A stretch of DNA of 64,000 bases. Origin: Mobula hypostoma. Lineage: Eukaryota. Position numbers and translations under genes: made by a program. Shown here piece by piece: positions 52,125 through 64,000 of the stretch (positions within the stretch are counted from its first letter, which is position 1; each line of letters starts with the position of its first letter). The notes under the pieces were generated by a model. That model was not told the DNA's origin and searched no databases. It worked only from the letters and a program-made list of their open reading frames with translations. The stretch lies in assembly GCF_963921235.1 (NCBI RefSeq), contig NC_086108.1:73844001-73908000 (forward strand), written 5' to 3'.

Positions 52125-55100
52125 ACATAGAACGTAGAAATCTACAGCGCATTACAGTTCCTTCAGCCCACAATGTTGTGCCGATCAGGTAACCGACTCT
52201 AGAAACTGCCTTGAATTACCCTATCAGATGGCCCTCTATTTTTCTAAGCTCCATGTACCTATCTAAGAGTCTCTCAAAAGACTCCACTGTATCCACCTCT
52301 ACCACCTTCGCTGGCAGTGCATTCACCACTCTGTGTGAAAAAATTACCTCTGACATCCCCCTTGTACCTACTTCCAAGCATCTTAAAACTATGCCCTCTT
52401 GTGTTAGCCATTTCAAGCAAAAGTACCTCCATTACCTCCTCAGACTCCATGCACATGTTTCCACTATCACTCCTGATTGGTAGATTCTCACACCACTCAT
52501 CCACTCATTCTTCAAACTTGTAGAATACCTTGGGATTTTCCTTGATCTTGCTCGCCAAGGTCTTCTCATGATCCTTTCTAGTTCTCTTAATTTCATACTT
52601 AATCTCCTTCCTGGCAACCTTGTAATTTTCTAGAACTCTATCAGTATCTGGTTTCTTGAAACTTTCGTTAAGTTTTTCTTTTCTTCTTAACTGAATTTTC
52701 TACATCCTTCATACACCATGGTTCTTTTACCCTACCATCCTTTCCCTGCTTCAATCGAACATATCGATACAGAGCGCCATGCAAATGATCCCTGAACATT
52801 TGCCACATTTCTGCCGTGCATTTCCCCAAGAACGTCTGCTCCCAATTTATACTCCCAAGTTCCTGCCTAATAGCATATTTCCCCCTACCCCAATTAAATG
52901 TTTTCCCAAATTGTCTGCTCCTATCCCCCTCCAGCTCTATGGTAAAGGAGACAGAGTTGTAGAACATAGAAATTTACAGTATATTACAGGCCCTTCAGCC
53001 CACAATGTTGTGCCGACAATGTAGCCTACTCTAGAAACTGGCTAGAATTTCCCTGGTGCATTGGCCTCTATTTTTCTAAGCTCCATGTACCTTTCTAAGA
53101 GGCTCTTAAAAGACCCTATTGTATCTGCTTCCACCATTGCAGCTGGCCAGTGCATTCCACGCACCCACCACTATCTGTGTGAAAAACGTACCCCTGACAT
53201 CCTCTTGCTACCCATTTCCAAGCACCTTAAAACTATGCCCCTTCGTGTTAGCCATTCCAGCCCTGGGAAAAAGCCTCTGGCTATCCACACAATCACCTCT
53301 ATCAGGGCACCTCTCATCCTCCATCGCTCCAAGGAGAAAAGGCCAAGTACACTCAACCTATTCTCATAAGATACACCCTCCAATCCAGGCAACATCCTTG
53401 TAAATCTCCTCAGCACTCTCTCTATAGTATCCACATCCTTCCTGTAGTGAGGTGACCAGAAACACAGTACTCCAAGTGGGGTCTAACCAAGGACTTATAT
53501 AGCTTTAACATTACCTCACAGCTCTTGAACTCACTCCTACGGTTCATGAATGCTAACACACCATACGCCTTCTTAACAACACCGTCAACCTGCACGGTAG
53601 CTTTTGAGTATCCTCTCGACACGGACCCCAAGATCTTTCAGATTCTCCATGTTGCCAAGAGTCTTACCATTTATATTATATTCTATCTTCAAATTGGACC
53701 TACCAAAATGAACTACTTCACACTTATCTGGGTTGAAGTCCATCTGCCACTTCTCAGCCCAGTTCTGCATCCTATCAATGTCCCACTGTAACCTCTGACA
53801 ACTCTCCAGACTATCCACATCAACCCCAACCATGGTATCATTAGCAAACTTACTAACCCACCCTTCTACTGCTTAACCCAGGTCATTTATAAAAATCACA
53901 AAGAGGATGATTCCCAGAACAGATCCTTGCAGAACACCACTGCTCACTGACCTCCATGCAGAATACGAACCAACTACAACCACCTTTTGCCTTCTGTGGG
54001 CAAGCCAATTCTGGATCCACAAAGCAAGGTCTTCTTGGATCCCATGCCTCCTTACTTTCTGAAGGAGCCTTGCATGGGGAACCTTATCAAATGCCTTACT
54101 GATCACTACCTCCAAAATGCTCTCCCACTGAGAGATCTGACACCCGATCAGGTTCATTTCCCAATAGCAGATCAAGTACAGCCTCTCCACTAGTCAACTT
54201 GTCTGTATATTACGTCAGGAAACCTTCCTGAACACACCTAACAAACTCTACCCTATCTAAACCCATTGCTTGAAGGAGATGCCAACTCATATTAGGAAAG
54301 TTAAAATCTACCATCACAACAACCTTATTATTATTGCGCTGTTTCAAAATCTGGCTCCCGATCTGCTCTTCAGCGTCCCTGTTACTATTGGGAGGTCTAT
54401 AAAAAAAAACTCCCAGTCGAGTTATTGCCCCCTTCCTGATTCTGACTTCCACACACACTGACTCAGTAGATAATCCCTCCATAACTTCCTTCTTTTCTGC
54501 AGCTGTTTTACTATCTTTGATTAGCAATGCCACGCCCCCCACCTCTTTTGCCTCCCTCCCTGTCCTTATTGAAACATCTAAAGCTGAGCACAGCAGACAT
54601 TCCTGCTCCTGAGACATCCAATTCTCTATAATGGGCCACAACATCATAGTTCCACATATTGATCCAGGCTCTAAGTTCATCCACCTTGTTTATGATACTC
54701 CTTGCATTACAATAGACACATCTCAAACCATCTGGCTGAGTGCATCTTTGCTCTATCATCCGCCTATCCTTCCTCACAAACTCCCTACAAGCTGTCTCTA
54801 CTTGTGCGCCAACTGCCCTATCATCTGCCTCTTCACCTCGATTCCCACCCCCCTGCAAATCTAGTTTAAATCCTCCCCAATAGCATTAGTAATCCTCCCT
54901 GCCAGGATATTGGTCCTCCTCAGATTCAAGAGCAACATGTCCTTTTTGTACGGGTCACTCCTGCCCCAGAAGAGGGACCAATGATCCAGAAATCTGAATC
55001 CTTGCCCTCTGCTCCAATCTGTCACTTCATTCTATTCTTATACTCACTGTCGTATTTCACAGGTAGTAATCCCGAGTTTACTACCCTTGAGGTCCTGCTT

Positions 55101-55785
55101 CTCGGCTTCTTTCCTAACTCCCTGTATTTTGCTTTCAGGACCTCCTCCCTTTTTCTACCTATGTCACTGGTACCAATACGTACCTCTGGCTGTTCACCCT
55201 CCCATTTCAGGATATTGTGAACGCGTTCAGAAACATCACAAACCCTGGCACCTGAGAGGCAAACTACCATCCGTGTTTATTTTTTGTGTCCACAGAATCG
55301 CCTATCTGTCCCACTAACGATATAGAGAGTCCCCTATTAGTGCTGCCATCCTCTTCCATTCCCTACCCTTCTGAGCCACATGGCCAGACTCAGTGCCAGA
55401 GGCACAGCCACTGTTGTTTCCCCCCCGCACCCCACCCCCAACAGTACTCAAAATAGAGTACTCATTGTGAAGGGGGGTGGACAGAGGCGTGCTCTCCACT
55501 ACCTGACACTCTTCCTTCCCTCTCCTGACAGTCACCCACTTATCTGTCTCCTGTGGCCCTGGTACGACTACCTGCTTGTAGCTCCTATTGATCACCTCCT
55601 CACCTTCTCTAACAAGCTGAAGGTCATCGAGTTGCAGTTCCAGTTCCCTAAATTAGACTCTAAGGAGCTGCAGCTTGATGCACCTGGTGCAGATGTGGCC
55701 ATCAGGGAGGCTGGAAGTCTCCCAGATGTCCTACGTCTGACATCCAGAGTAGAAAGCTGCCCTTGCAGTCATACCCACTATTCTT
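52125..55785 (-). mobile_element. CR1 LINE (RT deleted) hosting a second 5'-truncated CR1 at ~52961-54100
   Basis: Two CR1 3' termini (52125 and ~52961). The outer sequence ...gacagagttgt | gatcactacctccaaaatgc resumes near 54101. ORF1 and EN peptides lie at 54210-55600. Confidence 0.88.
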
Positions 55786-56389
55786 AAGTTAGAGGAAAAA
55801 GAGATATGAAAGTAACTTAGCTCCTTAGCCCATCCTCGCCAATGCCCCATGTGAAACAAATTAAGGCAAGCATAGTTTACATCATGAATGTATTGTGTTC
55901 ACCCTCAATTTTTAAATCAAGATATTCCAACTTAATGAACAATGAAATCGCTGTAAATATTTCCTTAACTGAAATCTTTTCAGAGGAGCATTTACGTAAT
56001 TTTCCATGTCAATGTCCAAAATGAATTATTAATTAATACTATGATCTCAATGTGTGCTAAACAGTCTACTAATGTACCAGGAGCTGAGTAATATGGTGGC
56101 ATTTCTTCATCATTGATCATACATGCAACAAAAGAACTAAGTTATTTTGGATATAATTGGAGATACAATTTCCCAACTACTTCCACCCCCCACCTTTTTC
56201 CAGTCATCCATGTAACCTCACTACTGAAAATGTTTGAGCAATGATTTCATCTGCATTGCTCCATTTCGGTCATCTTTATTTTTATCATCACACTACTAAC
56301 AATCACATTTCTAGCTAACAAGGACATAATTTCAAGAATTTCAGCATTTTAAAATTGTCTCTACCTTTCCTCTTATTTTACCGAATGTC

Positions 56390-56772
56390 AGTTAGTGTCA
56401 ACAGTGGCTTATTTGACAGCACTTTTACTTCAGTTTCACAAATTTCTGGTTGAAGAACTGCTCAAAAGATTTGAACATAAAATTCTGGTCTGACACTCCA
56501 ATGCAACACTGAGGGAGTGCTGCACTGTTAGAGATGCTGTCCCTTGGATGTAATCTTCAACCTAACTCTTGCCTCCTCCTCCTCGTAGAGCAAAAATATT
56601 CCACTGCATTACTTCAAAGCTCAAGGGAGTAATATCAGGTATTCTAACTAAAAAGAATTATGACCATCTTTTGGAGCCTGTTGAGCATAATAAAGACTAC
56701 TTTAAAAATTATTCATTAGCTGTAAAATGTATTTTGAAATGATTGAGACACATGCTAAATAACTGCATGTCT
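56390..56772 (+). mobile_element. Ancient DeuSINE-family (SacSINE1/AmnSINE-like) SINE remnant
   Basis: ctgacactccaatgcaacactgagggagtgctgcactgttagagatgctgtc matches the recalled conserved central region; degraded tRNA-like head and tail. Confidence 0.6.
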
Positions 56773-58539
56773 TGACTTCTATTGTCAAGGTACTTGCTAA
56801 CACCTACTTCTACCACTGTTATTGGGCATCTGCCCTATTAACATCTTATGTGGCTCAATGAAAAGTTATTTGAAACTTTGCCTCTGAGCATTCTATATTC
56901 TAAAGCTGCTACGTAAATGCAAAAAACTTCAGCTGCCCAATTAGTATGGAGACTCTTCTGGGACTTTATGCTCTGTACCTTAATTCTTCAGAGGTTAGCT
57001 TTGACACAATCAGTATTTCTCTTCTTGATTAAGACAACTTCTGTTGTTTTTGATACACTGAACACAAGCAAATCATTGCTCCTTTCAACAGACAAATAAC
57101 GTAAATGCACAGATTTTTACATCAGTTACTAGTTCACAGATCAAGCTCAGTTTTGTTCTAATCAATTCATAGATGAATCATTATTTGCAAAGCCAGCATA
57201 CAATACTCTGATTATCCCCAAGTTTAAAATGAAAGAGAATTAGATTACCCCTGAATTGCAGGTGAACTATCTTGTTGAACTCTTGTGGTCTGTATGGTAA
57301 AGAAGTTGGAAATTAGCTAGCTTCATAATTCTTTGTGGTCAATTCTAATACAGAATGCTATCTTGCTGAACCATTCATTTCATAATAACGAGTTAATTAC
57401 ATATTGTTTTTGAGTTCGGAGTCCCACACACAAAGAATCAGAGACAGAATCAGATTTATTGTCACAGACATAAGAATGAAATTGGATAAGAACAGCAGAT
57501 ATCCTGCCCCAAAATCTTCACAGTAAACAAAATGAGTTTTTGTACAATCTGGGAATTTCATGGTGACCATGACTGAAATCAACTTTTGATTGTAAATATA
57601 TTTAAATATTTTACTAAACAGTTATCCCCCAATTGGTTAATTGCTTACTGGTCAAAAACCACTAATCTACCATATCTTAATCTACCATTAATCTACCGCA
57701 ATCGGCAATATTAACCTATCATATTTAAAACATTAACCTATCATACTTTAAGTACTAATTACCAATTAACTGAAATATAACAGTTGAAAACATGAAAGAA
57801 TGGAAAATAACCTCTTTAAATCATACACCGAAGCAAGATCCAGAGTTTATATTAAAATTCTATCAAAATGTGGTCTTAAATAATCATTCATGGCACATTG
57901 TCAATGATATGTATAAAATAATATGTATGCAGGCAGAGGAGTAACTCATGAATTATTTCCATTTTACACCAATAGATTCACATGGTATGCAAAGTACTGG
58001 AAGTACTCAAACACCTTGTGCAGTTAAGCATAAAGGATGAAAGACTAAATGAACCCAGCTTGACTGGACTGAAGTGGAATGTCTATTGTCCAGCATCATG
58101 AGTTACAAATGCTGTATATACCTCCATTAATAAAAATACAAATCACGGATTGACAGAAGTGTGGTCCATCATTCTTGACTATCTGCAACAGAAAACTCAA
58201 TCAAATTAAGCAAACACATTAAGCTGTCAGTACACTATGTCTCAGTTGTTCTGAAAGAAACTAATACTTCTCCCAGCTGCCAAACATGATGCATGATCAT
58301 TGTTTTATTTTCAAATCTGTCAGCATCATTCACTGTATCCTGTGCATTTTGCAGATCTAATATTAAAAAATTATAATAAAAATACCATTCTTCTTTCACA
58401 CTGGAAGTAGAATATCTCATAACAGGGTCTGTCAGCTGTATACTTCAATAAGGTTTCCACATCCACCTCTTGAATTAACGCAACTTGCAGCTGTTAGTGG
58501 TGTCTCAAATTTGAGGATTCATAACTTGAATGACAAAGG

Positions 58540-59210
58540 AGGAGGAGAAGATGGTGGCGCGACGCAGTGCGCGCGGCTGCTCCATAATGATATCTGTATT
58601 TGTTAAGTAGGTACCGTGCACGATCCTGATTTGATGGAGACAGACGTGAGATACACGGAGGAACATCTGGAGAAACTCCTGAAATGCCTGCTTTGCTGCC
58701 GCTGCTACTGTGCGATCGAGAATCTCCGGAGAGGAAGGCCCCAAATCCTTGGCTTTGCCTATTGCCTGTTGCCGGGGCCGGGGTCGAAGCACTCGGCAGA
58801 GATGGTGCTCGGTGCTGGAGGGCTGTTCGGAGGCTCGAAGATTTCGGACGGACTCAAGAGTCGGCTGTGGTCAGTGCTTCCAGGGTGCTGCATCAGCAAG
58901 TTTGTGGTGCTGGAGGTTCATGGCAGGGAGAGTTTTTCTTCCTTCTACCATCTGCGTGAGATAATGGGACTTGCGAGAGACTTTGAGCCTTTTTTTTTAC
59001 TGTGCCTATAGTCTGTTCTTTATCAAATTACGGTATTGCTTTGCACTGTTGTAACTATATGTTATAATTATGTGGTTTTTGTCAGTTTTTTTAGTCTTGG
59101 TTTGTCTTGTGTTTCTGTGATATCATACTGGAGGAACATTGTATCATTTCTTAATACATGCATTACTAAATGACAATAAAAGAGGACTGCTTGTCCTCAT
59201 AATCTAATCT
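58540..59210 (+). mobile_element. Non-autonomous retroelement with GC/CpG-rich head and (aatct)n tail
   Basis: Starts gaggagaagatggtggcgcgacgc...; ends atgacaataaaagagg...aatctaatct, like the Rex1 tail at 40720-40750. Confidence 0.6.
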
Positions 59211-59699
59211 CAACTGTATTAACACAAGCATATCTGATAATGTCCTTGCAGCTGAACCTGGTCTTCAGTTACCTTGTGCCCCTTTACTACTGGATCAAGA
59301 ACATGCTTGTCGACAAAGAAGATGCTTAACGGCCATCCTATGTTAGAAGAAATTGGATATATACAACTCCCACAATGCAAATATTAAATTTGTAATTTAG
59401 AACATAAGGGCCCTCAAAAAGCAACAACCTATCCAAAAGGTGCTCCACTATCAAGCTCAGATAACTCAGACACTTTGATAATAATATCATTGGCCAGAGT
59501 GAAACAAGACAAATAGGAAATGGTGAGCTGAAAGAATAGGGTGCAAGTACAACTTCTTCTGAAAGGGCAATACAGGAATAGGGACAACGTAGCTCATGGG
59601 GCAATTTTTGCTGCGTAGAGTGTGGTGTCTGGCATCTTTCTACAAGAAAAGTGAACATCTCATGACCCTTTGGCTCACTGCAACACTTATACAAGGTCA

Positions 59700-61790
59700 T
59701 CAACTTTGAAATTCCAGCACAGAAGAAAAATGTGGCCAAAAGGGGGCTCTATTTCACCCTTGATAACTCTCTGGCAGCCATCCTGTCAGTCCCAGCAGAG
59801 GCAATGATCTTGCTGATCAACATCAACATCATGAATGAAAAAATAGCAATCATTTCTCAACATGTGATTGGCAAGTGGACTTTAGGGAAAGCTAACACCA
59901 ATGGACTTCTCCTGACAAAATTCTCATTGCAAGACTTTGTCACACCAAAAATATTATTTCACCAGAGAGAAGAGTACAAGACCTCATGGCAACACACTCA
60001 ATATAACTGGTACTGTCAGACTACCCTTTCAGCCAAAGACAAGACCAAAAGGATGCCCAAATCACCTTTACCACAAAAGGTACTGTTGGACTATCCATTG
60101 CACCCAGACCATTACCTGGCTCTGAAGCAATGATAGCAACAAACATTTGTCAAAGGAATCAAAGTGATTACAAATCAAGTAGAGAACACAAAGGATTTGG
60201 AAGCAAATGGTCTCCTGCTGAAGTTGTAAAATTTAATAAAGAACAATTTTTGTCACAAATTCATAACTTCAGCACCAGAAAAGTCGATGTGCCAGAGTTC
60301 TTCAGGATTGCTGTAATTTTAACTATCTTCAAAAAGGAGACCAACTGTATTAATCTAACAAGTCTTGATATCTGGGTCGGGCATGATATCCTGGGCTTAC
60401 TTCTCTGATAAAAGTATGTTGGTTATGAATGCCCTGTTTGGCACACTGAGTATCCTACTTAACACCACCTTCCAAAGAGCTGCTTCCCTTATCACAATGT
60501 AGATAGCATTAATTCAGAGACACAATGGACATGATCTCCATCATGGCTAAATTTCAAAAGAAATACAAGGAGAGCATCAATCGCTGTTCATGTTTTTTTT
60601 TAGTCTAACAAAACCATTTAACTTCACAGAGGGAATGTACAGCTTCCTTTTAAAATCTGGCTGCCAACAGAATTGCATTTCCTTCTTGCATCACCTTTAT
60701 GATGGTGCACATTCAATACCCTCAATCAACAGGTTCATAGCTGTTTAAAATTCAGTGCACAATCTTTTGAAGCAAGAACATTGCTTCAACATTTTTCTGT
60801 CTTCTCACAGCAATTTTAACCTCACCCCCAAAAAAAACTTCAGACTGGGATGAAGCAAGTCTGGAGGACAAATGGAAAACTCCCAAACCAATGCTGCCCG
60901 TTTTGCAGAACCAAGGTCATCCAACTTCAACCACCCAGTTGCAGCACACAGATGATCCTTGCATACATATACACACACTCAGAGACTGAGTTCCAAGTCA
61001 CCAGACACTCGTCCATAAAGGCAGCTAAAAGATGAACCTTACGTAAAACAGTATGTCCTGTTCCATCTCGGTACAATAAATCCCCTGACAACAAATAACC
61101 ACAATGCAATCCTCAAAATGAGTCACCATCTTTTCTGAGAACCACCATGCAATGAAGGCAATGTAATGGAATTCACCTATGCCTTCAGAACCTTCTGCCA
61201 TGTGAGGGTAAAAAAAAGCTTTTGAAGATCCTCAGATTCAGCACAAAACTCGTGACTTAATGGGCAGCAGTAGTCCCCAGTCTACTGTATGCTTTTAAAA
61301 TACCTCAAAGCAGCACTGCCATCAAATACTTTAGATTCATTGATAGGAAAAGCAAACTAATGTCAGTAACTTCTTCAGTGTAGATACTCCCAGCACTGAG
61401 GCCCTAAATGCCATCATCAGTGAGTTCCGACAAATAGACCACATTATTTTGCATGCCTGATATCACACCTCTAAAACAGGCTCAACTTTTCTGAGCTCCG
61501 TCACAGCAAGATTATGCAGAGGAAAAGATTCAATGATATTCTCAAAGCCTCCCCAAAGGTTTAACATCTGCACTGCCTTGTGAGAATTCCTTGCTTCTTA
61601 TGTCTCAAAATGAAGAAGAATTTCATGTCACATTTCAATTCCAGATTCCACACCGAAAGCTAGCATAAACTGCAGAAGTACACCGTCTCTCAAACAACTT
61701 GCATGCCAACTGATCAAGCACCTCCTTCCTCATTTGTGACATAGCGCCACACTGATCTCCTCAGCTACATATGAATTCACAAAACTGGAC
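59700..61790 (+). mobile_element. Decayed RTE-clade LINE
   Basis: EN remnant IGKWTLGKANTNGLLL...LFHQREEYKTSWQH, then degraded linker, RT and C-terminal regions. Confidence 0.65.
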
Positions 61791-61804
61791 TGGAAGCTAA
61801 TCAT

Positions 61805-61971
61805 AAACAAGAGAAAATCTGCAGATGCTGAAAACCCAAGCAATGCACACAAAATGCTGGAGGAACTCAGCAGGCTAGGCAGCAGCTATGGAAAAAAGTA
61901 TTGTCAATGTTTTGGGCTGAAACCCTTCGGCAGGGCCTGCTGAGTTCTTCCAGCTTTTTGTGTGTGTTGCT
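61805..61971. mobile_element. 167-bp miniature fold-back PLE derivative with 14-bp TSD
   Basis: Tail arm 61805-61935 plus short inverted arm 61935-61971. TGGAAGCTAATCAT (61791-61804) / TGGAAGCTCATCAT (61972-61985). Confidence 0.88.
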
Positions 61972-62493
61972 TGGAAGCTCATCATCCTCATTTCCAAGGA
62001 AATGTCAAAGAGGATGATTATCCACCATCCACATTACATTAACCTTCACAGGAGTTCAATTTAAAGGTCAGTAATTCAATCCTATAAACTATTTTATCCA
62101 TTATATTCATGTAATACGACTTGCATTATACAGCATACATTCGAAGCAATACTTCATCTTATTGCTGTTGGCTACTTCTTTGAAAATTGGCCTTCCAAGC
62201 AGAGCTACAACAGGGCTGTTATTTAAAACTAGTTTTCCGAAATACTAGTGGCATATGACCTAGACTAAGACCACTAGTACGCTGTAACTAAATCAGATGT
62301 AATGTTCATGATTTTTAACTGTGGAGCATCAGCTAAATAATAATATTGCACCCTATTATATTATGGCAGTCCACTAAATTAGATGCAGAGGATATAAAGA
62401 TATATTTATCTTGAAATGCTCAGGAACTTTCAACACTTCCTGTGAGATTTTATTGTACCGATACTGAACACTGTACAGTTGGTTAGTTTAGAC

Positions 62494-64000
62494 CAGGGTT
62501 CCCCAATTAGTTTTCCACAAGGGCCAAATTATGCCAAGCATGTCAAGCCAAAGGCCAAAATGTCCAGGGCTTTTTTTTCATTGCACCAGTAAGTTGTTTT
62601 ATGGGCAGATGTTGTTGTTGCTGCTATTACCATTATTATTATTATTATTAGTAGTAGTAGTAGTAGTAGTAGTAGGAGTAGTAGTAATTTAGGCCTGGGA
62701 TTCTCAAAGCCTTTGTCGTGGGTCACACAAGAAAAAAAATGCACTCTTGAAACAAAATAAGTCCAAAACCAACCATTTAATTATGACTCTAGCTATCACA
62801 ACTGTCAGCTGTCACATTGAGAACTCATCTGGGACTTAAAATACATGTGTACACAAACACACACACACATGCACTCTGTAAACATGGTAGTCTTCACCAC
62901 TTCTCTTCCACACAAAGAGTTTTAGTAGTACTGCCTCTTCCACTGTTTCTGTTCTCTCATTTAATCTATTTGTTCTTTTTAATTGAGCTATGTAGCATTT
63001 GAAGTATGAAGTGTAGCTATAAATGAAATCATCAGTATTATTGTTGTAATATTATTATACCACAATAAGATTGACAAATGGACGAAAACAAATTGATTCA
63101 CTCACCAATCAGTGAGAGAATTGACAGCGACAGGGTGAGGCAATCTTTCTGATGTCAGGCCTGTATTCTGTTGTGGCAATCCTGAGGCACTGGCCAAGAT
63201 GTGCATTGGAGAGTCTGTTTCTATCCTGGTTCTTGATAGAATTCATTGATGACTCACATATGTACGTGGAGGGGCAGTTTGAGTAGGAGCATTGCAATAG
63301 CTCTCGGGTTTTTGAATTGAGCTTGGGGAACCACATTGATACAAAAGTCACTCACCCCAACGTCCTTGTCTTGTGCTTTGAGCAAATCAGATGTTCCCAT
63401 TTCCATGACCTCCATCTGAAGAGTTGCCTCATCTATGGAAGGTACCAGCCTTTTGGCCTCTGCAGTCCACTGGCCAAGAGCCAAAATGGAGAACGGCTGT
63501 CTCAGGAAGAGAAGGATGTCACCTGAGAGTTCAGGGGAGCTTTCAAATCGTTCCCTGAAGTTTTCTGCCAGGCTCGTCACAAAATGGATCCTCCCGCATT
63601 TCGTTCTTCTCGCAATGCTCCCGCAGACGTGGAAAGTGCAACTTTCTCTCGTGAATGTTTCTCTCCAAAAGGTTCAGCTTTGACTGGAAAGCTTCAATCG
63701 CCTCATACATGTCCGCAGCTGTGTGGTTGTTGCCTTATAATTGCAGATTGAGTTGATTTAGATGAGATATGATGTCACACAAAAAAAAAGAACATATGCC
63801 ATCACGCTGTTGTCACTTAAAAACCTCTTAAATCCTTGGGCTTTCTGGCTCTGCAGGCTGGATAAAAATGACAAGCTCATCGCACAGGTCGCACACCCTC
63901 TCCAACACATGGCCTTTGCTCAGCCAGCGTACATCATTATGCTGCAAAAGACCTTTGTGTTCCGCTGACATTTCCTCCAGCAATGCTCTGAAAAGGCGAT
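62494..64000 (-). mobile_element. hAT (Charlie/SPIN-like) DNA transposon, 3' part, running off the window
   Basis: Terminal CAGGGTTCCCCAA preceded by GTTTAGAC (nTnTAnAn target consensus). Frameshifted transposase with the hATC-type dimerisation end STYICESSMNSIKNQDRNRLSNAHLGQCLRIATTEYRPDI...QFSH*. Confidence 0.85.
62632..62686. repeat. Compound microsatellite (ATT)n(AGT)n
   Basis: Directly visible. Confidence 0.9.

Noticed and set aside
58268..58354. Candidate exon DLQNAQDTVNDADRF...
   Set aside because: Weak donor (gtatta), and its entry phase and peptide do not fit the known upstream MAST exon.
1..64000. Prokaryotic operon, CRISPR array or defence system
   Set aside because: No regularly spaced repeat-spacer array and no dense intact ORFs. 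The GIY-YIG and RT motifs belong to eukaryotic retroelements.

Overview
Repeat-rich vertebrate genomic DNA, not prokaryotic. The CR1/Rex1/Penelope-like repeat landscape suggests a cartilaginous fish, probably a ray (inferred). The window is mostly intronic sequence of a minus-strand MAST-family kinase gene, most likely MAST2. Three small coding exons are visible: KELSLPRKGS at 50761-50792, an alternative first exon MKKRREGLGAPRLRI at 29574-29620, and a 204-nt phase 2-2 exon at 11921-12124. The introns hold decayed CR1, Rex1/Babar, RTE and Nimb-type LINEs, a Tigger/pogo derivative, a hAT fragment and SINEs. The most striking system is a family of GIY-YIG Penelope-like elements (PLEs) with at least ten insertions. 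Several are fold-backs with two inverted arms, a 33-35 nt tail on one arm only, and ~14-bp target-site duplications (TSDs). The terminal repeat carries a minimal type I hammerhead ribozyme motif. The family includes 80-200 bp miniature derivatives and a sub-lineage sharing a non-consensus CUGCCGA core. Most ORFs in the supplied track are transposon fragments or antisense shadows. Family assignments come from recalled motifs, not database searches.
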